A stretch of 11,838 bases of DNA from Oligoflexales bacterium (GTDB lineage: Bacteria > Bdellovibrionota_B > Oligoflexia > Oligoflexales > CAIYRB01), in the NCBI GenBank assembly GCA_041736175.1, contig JBGSUI010000079.1, positions 1-11,838 of the forward strand. Direction: 5' to 3'. Positions 7,623 through 11,838 of the stretch are shown here, piece after piece; position 1 is the stretch's first letter; each line of letters begins with the position of its first letter. Both the position numbers and the translations under genes were made by a program. A model generated the notes under the pieces. The model saw only the letters and a program-made list of their open reading frames with translations, searched no databases and was not told the DNA's origin.

Positions 7623-8759
7623 CTAAGCCTTCGAGTTAGATAAAGACGCAAAATGGTTAAAAGACGGTTCAACACATTTTTCGTAAATTGCCAAGGTTTG
7701 ATCGGTCATAGTCCGCCATGAAAATTTATGGGCATGGTCAACGCCACGGGATTTGAGTTGGGCCCGTAGGTCCTCGTCGTAGACGCCGACCTCGAGGGCC
7801 CGAGCAATATCGCGGTAGTCAAAGGGATTGGTAAAAATAGCTGCGTTCCCAACAACTTCAGGGAGGCTTGATGAATGAGCGACAACGACAGGAGTGCCGC
7901 AGGCCAAGGCTTCGAGGGGAGGCAGTCCAAACCCCTCATAGGTTGAAGGATAGACAAAGAGATGGGTCATAGAATAAACACTGGGAAGGTGGATCTCTGC
8001 AATAAATTTTGAAAAATAAATAAGGTGTTTTTTGTTGTAGGTCTCCGCAATCCGGATGATGTTGGTGTCAACGGGACAGGCAAGGACCAAGGGAATATCC
8101 ACCCGAGAATGGCAAAAGGCCCGGACCAATTGGAGTACGTTTTTGTGTGGCTTGTTGTTGGATACACAAAAAATAAATTTTTCAGGCAGTTCATACAGAT
8201 CCCTGACATAGTCGATCTGTTCTTGATCTGTAATAGGGAGATAGTGGGACGCTACTCCATTATAGGTTACATAAACCTTGTCCCGTGGGATCTTGAGATT
8301 GCGGACGATTTCCTCTTTGCTAAATCGACTCACCGTCAAAATAAAACGCGACCTACGGATGCAGCTTCTGACAAAGATTTGGTAGTAGAACTGGTGAAAG
8401 GGCGTGTAAAACTGCGGCAGCACCATATGATTGAGGTCATGAATCGTCATCACCAGCCGACAGGGGCAGGCTAGTGGAGCCATAAAGGAGGGAGCGTGGA
8501 GGAGGTCAATCTTGAGTTCTCGCAAAATCCTCGGCAGCTCCCACTGTTGTTGGAGACTGATCCAACTCCCTTTGACTTTGGTAAGGTGCATATGTGAGGG
8601 CATAGCTAGGCTGTCGAGGGGGCTATCCCGATTGACTAAGATAAAAAACTCGTGGTCCGAAGGGCGTTCCGCCAGACAGCGAAGCAGCTCGTAGACATAA
8701 CGAGCGATTCCGTGCATGCTTCCCGGACTTATCATGCGAGCATCTATAGCTATTCGCAC
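7623..8759 (-). CDS. GT4 family glycosyltransferase (MtfB/WbdB-like)
   Basis: GTG start after AGGGAG; MRIAIDAR...[34 protein letters not shown] (EX7E). Confidence 0.93.
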   Translation of the reverse strand: MRIAIDARMISPGSMHGIARYVYELLRCLAERPSDHEFFILVNRDSPLDSLAMPSHMHLTKVKGSWISLQQQWELPRILRELKIDLLHAPSFMAPLACPCRLVMTIHDLNHMVLPQFYTPFHQFYYQIFVRSCIRRSRFILTVSRFSKEEIVRNLKIPRDKVYVTYNGVASHYLPITDQEQIDYVRDLYELPEKFIFCVSNNKPHKNVLQLVRAFCHSRVDIPLVLACPVDTNIIRIAETYNKKHLIYFSKFIAEIHLPSVYSMTHLFVYPSTYEGFGLPPLEALACGTPVVVAHSSSLPEVVGNAAIFTNPFDYRDIARALEVGVYDEDLRAQLKSRGVDHAHKFSWRTMTDQTLAIYEKCVEPSFNHFASLSNSKA

Positions 8760-9076
8760 CGAATCTCCCTTCGGGCTGTGTGAGGCGTAGCTTTGCGAAC
8801 AAGACTAATGTCTCATAAATTCTGCGGCTTAACCAACTAGAAATCTGCTCCTTGCTCACCTGGCCCCCTCTCATGGCAGGGGATTTTTGGACCCCCTCTT
8901 TTGAAAACCTGCAAATGAGCGATTGTGATGAAGTGGAAATCTTGTGGCCAACAGTCGATCTTTTCTGGAGTTTAATAGCTCACTCAAGAATAAGAGCCTA
9001 AAGAGCGAGTTGTACTCTGTTAGGTTTGGCTAAAAGTCTAGCCAAGCGAGATTCGAACCTAGAGGGGGACACAATT

Positions 9077-10609
9077 ATGGGTCTCAAAAGCCAAATGGGG
9101 CAAAGGCAGCCCTATGAAAGCATCGTTTCTTGGACCAAGTTAGAGATCAGAAAACTCTCACCGCTCCTTTTGACCATGGTGGTCAGTGGAGTTCAGGGTG
9201 GGTGTAACGAGCAGGATCCAGCCTTTAAAGAGGATGTATCCGTTCAAAAAGTAGAGGCGGGGGATACAAAGAAAAAACTAGAGAAAGCAAAAATCGATGA
9301 TCAGGGCAACTTGGACCCCGAAAAAAGGTCCTCGGATGCTGTCGCTGGTGTGAAACCGACAGATAGTGCGACGACGAGTGGCACGATCGATGGTGGACTG
9401 GAGCCAGAAACTCCAGCCACTAGCAAATCTAATGGTGCCCCTGGGGCAGGTTCCAATGATGGGTCCAACATACCCGTAGTAACTACGGCAAGTACCGCGG
9501 ACACAAAAGACGATATGGCCAACGATTCGCCTTTTATTCCATCAACGGTTCCGTCCCAACCAGGGAGCGAAGGTGGATCAGGTAGCGAGGGAGGTATCGG
9601 GATCGAAGGAGGCATCAATCTATCCTGGAAGGTGGTGGAATTTACCCAAGGTGGGCCAGGCAAAGTTGATATTCTGTGGGTCGTGGATACTTCTGGGTCT
9701 ATGTCCGAAGAGCAGGCTTACCTAGCCACCAACTTTAACAAGATGATCACGGCCCTAACCAATGCGGGGCATGATTTCCAAACAGCGATCACCACCACCG
9801 ATATCTGCCAAGATACGATACCGACTGACCTTGCCCTACGGGTGTGCCCGGTCAATTACGGCGGCACATCGACCACCCATCTCCGCGGGAGCTTTATCGG
9901 TGATGCAGATCGCAAAATCCTCAAAAAGGGTGAGCCGGATATCATCCAAAAGTTTAACACTTATACCAAAGCTGGTGTCAACGGGTCGGGGTTTGAACAC
10001 GGCCTAGAAGCGGCCCACTTAGCCATTGAAAAGGTGAAAAACGGTCAAAACGCTCCACTCATCCGCCCTGATGCCTTTTTGGCAGTGATGATCGTCAGCG
10101 ACGAAGAGGATGACGGAATCGGGTTGTCGCTCACTGATTCTTACAACGGGCATAATTTTGTCGCTGAGGGACTCACAACCTTTAAGTTTACCGAAGACAA
10201 CATGATTGATTACTTAAAGACTGTCAAAGCCCAAGGCAAATTTTCTGTCTCCGCCATCACCCCCGTACGGCTAGCCAACGGCTCCCTATGTTCTGCTCCC
10301 CATACCAGCCCACTGGAAGAAGGCACCCAGTATATCAAAGCGGCAGCGAAATCAGGAGGTCTCTTGCAGAGCATCTGCGATACGGATTGGAGCCAATCTA
10401 TGGCAACCCTAGGGGTTGACCTCAGTGCGCAAATCACCCAAATCAACCTGCCTTCAGTTCCAGATCCAGCGAGTATCAAGGTTATGGCTAACGGACAAAT
10501 GACCAAGGAGTGGACATACAATCCTGCTAATAATGCAATCAAGTTTAATATCGGAAAGGTGCCCCCGGAGGGGGCTCAGATCTATGTCGGTTATTTCGAA
10601 AAACCTTAG
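9077..10609 (+). CDS. VWA (von Willebrand A)/MIDAS domain protein, probable surface lipoprotein
   Basis: ATG 9077 has a GAGGGGG SD and is preferred over TTG 9026. A hydrophobic stretch ends at QGG-C (weak lipobox), followed by a long S/T/G/D/P linker. VDILWVVDTSGSM gives the MIDAS DxSxS, VMIVSDEEDD follows, and there is a small C-terminal beta domain (WTYNPANNAIKF...PPEGAQIYVGY). Confidence 0.87.
   Translation: MGLKSQMGQRQPYESIVSWTKLEIRKLSPLLLTMVVSGVQGGCNEQDPAFKEDVSVQKVEAGDTKKKLEKAKIDDQGNLDPEKRSSDAVAGVKPTDSATTSGTIDGGLEPETPATSKSNGAPGAGSNDGSNIPVVTTASTADTKDDMANDSPFIPSTVPSQPGSEGGSGSEGGIGIEGGINLSWKVVEFTQGGPGKVDILWVVDTSGSMSEEQAYLATNFNKMITALTNAGHDFQTAITTTDICQDTIPTDLALRVCPVNYGGTSTTHLRGSFIGDADRKILKKGEPDIIQKFNTYTKAGVNGSGFEHGLEAAHLAIEKVKNGQNAPLIRPDAFLAVMIVSDEEDDGIGLSLTDSYNGHNFVAEGLTTFKFTEDNMIDYLKTVKAQGKFSVSAITPVRLANGSLCSAPHTSPLEEGTQYIKAAAKSGGLLQSICDTDWSQSMATLGVDLSAQITQINLPSVPDPASIKVMANGQMTKEWTYNPANNAIKFNIGKVPPEGAQIYVGYFEKP
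9563..9616 (+). repeat. Imperfect 18-bp coding repeat x3 (GSEGGS-GSEGGI-GIEGGI)
   Basis: GGGAGCGAAGGTGGATCA / GGTAGCGAGGGAGGTATC / GGGATCGAAGGAGGCATC, just before the VWA domain. Confidence 0.7.
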
Positions 10610-10705
10610 AGGAAATATCAGAAGTTAGTTTTTATAGGTCTTTCCAAATGACCCCAGTCACTTGAACCCTCCCAACAACACTTAGAGGTCATAAATTGGG
10701 GTCTT

Positions 10706-10736
10706 AAGCCGCTGACAAACAGTCAGCGGCTTTTTT
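10706..10736 (+). terminator. Intrinsic terminator downstream of the VWA gene
   Basis: (AA)GCCGCTGAC-AAACA-GTCAGCGGC followed by TTTTTT. Confidence 0.9.
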
Positions 10737-10945
10737 GTATGAGTGTTACCTGATTCCTATTCAGTCAATCGTCTAAGCCCCGGCATTGTTAGCCCGCACC
10801 ATTCCCCTCTGCAGCCGATCAATCCTGAACCGTATAGATCCTCCATGATTGCCCGCATGACAGAGTCACCAAAGTCTTTGACCATGCGGAATAAAACAGT
10901 TTCATTTACTATTGTTCATTCCTCCAAAATCGGCATATTTTTCAC

Positions 10946-10973
10946 TTGACTTTGGTACTCCTATAGGCATACT
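10946..10973 (+). promoter_or_regulatory. sigma70-type promoter of the TA operon with embedded palindromic operator
   Basis: TTGACT (10946-10951), 16-nt spacer, CATACT (10968-10973). Palindrome GTA-N2-CCTATAGG-N2-TAC (10955-10972) covers the spacer and -10. Confidence 0.65.
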
Positions 10974-10994
10974 AGATGATGCGGGGAGGTGATG

Positions 10995-11276
10995 ATGATC
11001 AGGACTGTTCACTTGAGTAAGCATGCTAAATCTGACTTGTTGCGGGTCCCTGAATACATCGCCCAAAAGCTTAAGTTGTGGATATTCTTGGTTGAAACAA
11101 CCGGCTTGGATTCTGTAAGAAAGAGTAAGGGCTACCACGACGAGCCACTGCGAGGTTCTCGTCAGGGGCAACGATCGATTCGCCTGAATCGCGCTTATAG
11201 AGCCATTTACGTAATCAGGTCGGATGGTTCCATCGACTTTGTCAGCATAGAAGAGGTGAACAAACATGACTACTAA
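10995..11276 (+). CDS. higB: RelE-superfamily mRNA interferase toxin (HigB-type)
   Basis: ~93 aa; YHDEPLRGSRQGQRSIRLNRAYRAIY and terminal EEVNKHDY; toxin-first order ahead of an XRE-HTH gene. The GGAGGT SD favours ATG 10995 (10992 and GTG 10989 are alternatives). Confidence 0.85.
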   Translation: MIRTVHLSKHAKSDLLRVPEYIAQKLKLWIFLVETTGLDSVRKSKGYHDEPLRGSRQGQRSIRLNRAYRAIYVIRSDGSIDFVSIEEVNKHDY

Positions 11277-11604
11277 ACACACAAAGCGCTCTAAATCCAC
11301 CAAGAGTGATGCCATGATCTTTTTAGAAAAGATCAGCGGTGGACCGCTTACGATATCGGAAATCCTAAAATCTCTACGTGCCTGTGACGAAATCAGCCAA
11401 AAGGATTTCGCTGCGCAGCTTGGCATTTCCAAACAAAATCTGTGTGACATCGAAAAAGGCCGCAAGGCCGTTACCCCCTCGCGCGCCGCCATCTTTGCCC
11501 AAAAACTAGGGCTACCTCCTACCGCTTTCATACTCATTGCTCTCCAAGAAGAGCTGGATCGAGCGGGAGTCAAACTTCATATCAATTCCGTTGACGCCGC
11601 CTAA
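11266..11604 (+). CDS. higA: XRE-family HTH antitoxin (HigA-type)
   Basis: LKSLR...ISQKDFAAQLGISKQNLCDIEKGRKAVTPSRAAIFAQKLG HTH; GAGG SD; 11-nt overlap with the toxin gene. Confidence 0.87.
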   Translation: MTTKHTKRSKSTKSDAMIFLEKISGGPLTISEILKSLRACDEISQKDFAAQLGISKQNLCDIEKGRKAVTPSRAAIFAQKLGLPPTAFILIALQEELDRAGVKLHINSVDAA

Positions 11605-11837
11605 TCCAGGTGTTTTAGCCTACATACTGCCCGGAATGTAGGACATTCAATGCCTTTTGCTTTTTTACTGCGGAGAAGATGCCGAGGGCTATGAGAAACT
11701 ATAGTCTTTCTCACATGACTTGATATTATCCCTTGAAATTTTTCTTTTATCATGCCATCTTCTCGACCATAATGGACCTTCTTTAACGTGCTCTCAGCAG
11801 AAGGTCGTAAAAAGTGCCATTTCAAGGACAAGAATTT
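11601..11837 (-). CDS. Possible 3' end of an unidentified gene entering from beyond the window
   Basis: The frame is open from the window edge to TAG 11601-11603, which overlaps the higA TAA. No recognisable motif; may be non-coding. Confidence 0.25.
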   Translation of the reverse strand, partial: KFLSLKWHFLRPSAESTLKKVHYGREDGMIKEKFQGIISSHVRKTIVSHSPRHLLRSKKAKGIECPTFRAVCRLKHLD

Positions 11838-11838
11838 A

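Noticed and set aside
8775..8810. CGCAAAGCTACG (minus) resembling a c-di-GMP-I riboswitch junction; GGCGTAG resembling ops/JUMPstart
   Set aside because: No GGCAAA/GNRA first hairpin or conserved second stem; the ops-like word is inexact and on the wrong strand for the GT genes.
8925..8985. UGAAG...UGGAG kink-turn-like pattern suggesting a c-di-GMP-II riboswitch
   Set aside because: The stem is weak and the pseudoknot and GUGCAACC-type 3' motifs are absent.
10650..10703. 6S RNA, suggested by CTTGAACC
   Set aside because: The element is far too short for the ~180-nt 6S rod; kept only as an unclassified sRNA candidate.
10902..11573. 223-aa minus-strand ORF
   Set aside because: Antisense shadow of the well-supported higBA genes with no recognisable motifs.
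1..11838. CRISPR array, tRNA/rRNA genes, transposase or integrase ORFs
   Set aside because: I found no repeat-spacer periodicity, cloverleaf or rRNA signatures, or recombinase motifs by eye.

Overview
This is a chromosomal window of a Gram-negative bacterium. The protein styles suggest Bdellovibrionota/Oligoflexia or another delta-type lineage, which is inference only. The left end carries a cobalamin riboswitch (minus strand, ~1871-1992). It controls a predicted beta-propeller lipoprotein (true start 1862), translationally coupled to a BtuB-like TonB-dependent receptor that breaks off right after its plug domain. Upstream on the same strand are asnS, rplM-rpsI with a sigma70 promoter and terminator, and a small hypothetical protein with a possible PC4/SSB-like architecture. 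The right half holds an S1 serine-protease lipoprotein with an odd polybasic/acidic DF-repeat tail, two tandem GT4 (MtfB/WbdB-like) glycosyltransferases, a VWA/MIDAS probable lipoprotein with a structured leader and structured 3' region, and a higBA-type toxin-antitoxin pair with a palindromic operator. The most interesting signal is the B12-riboswitch + propeller lipoprotein + TonB receptor module, a possible BtuG/BtuB-analogous corrinoid capture system. No database searches were run; family calls rest on motif recognition.
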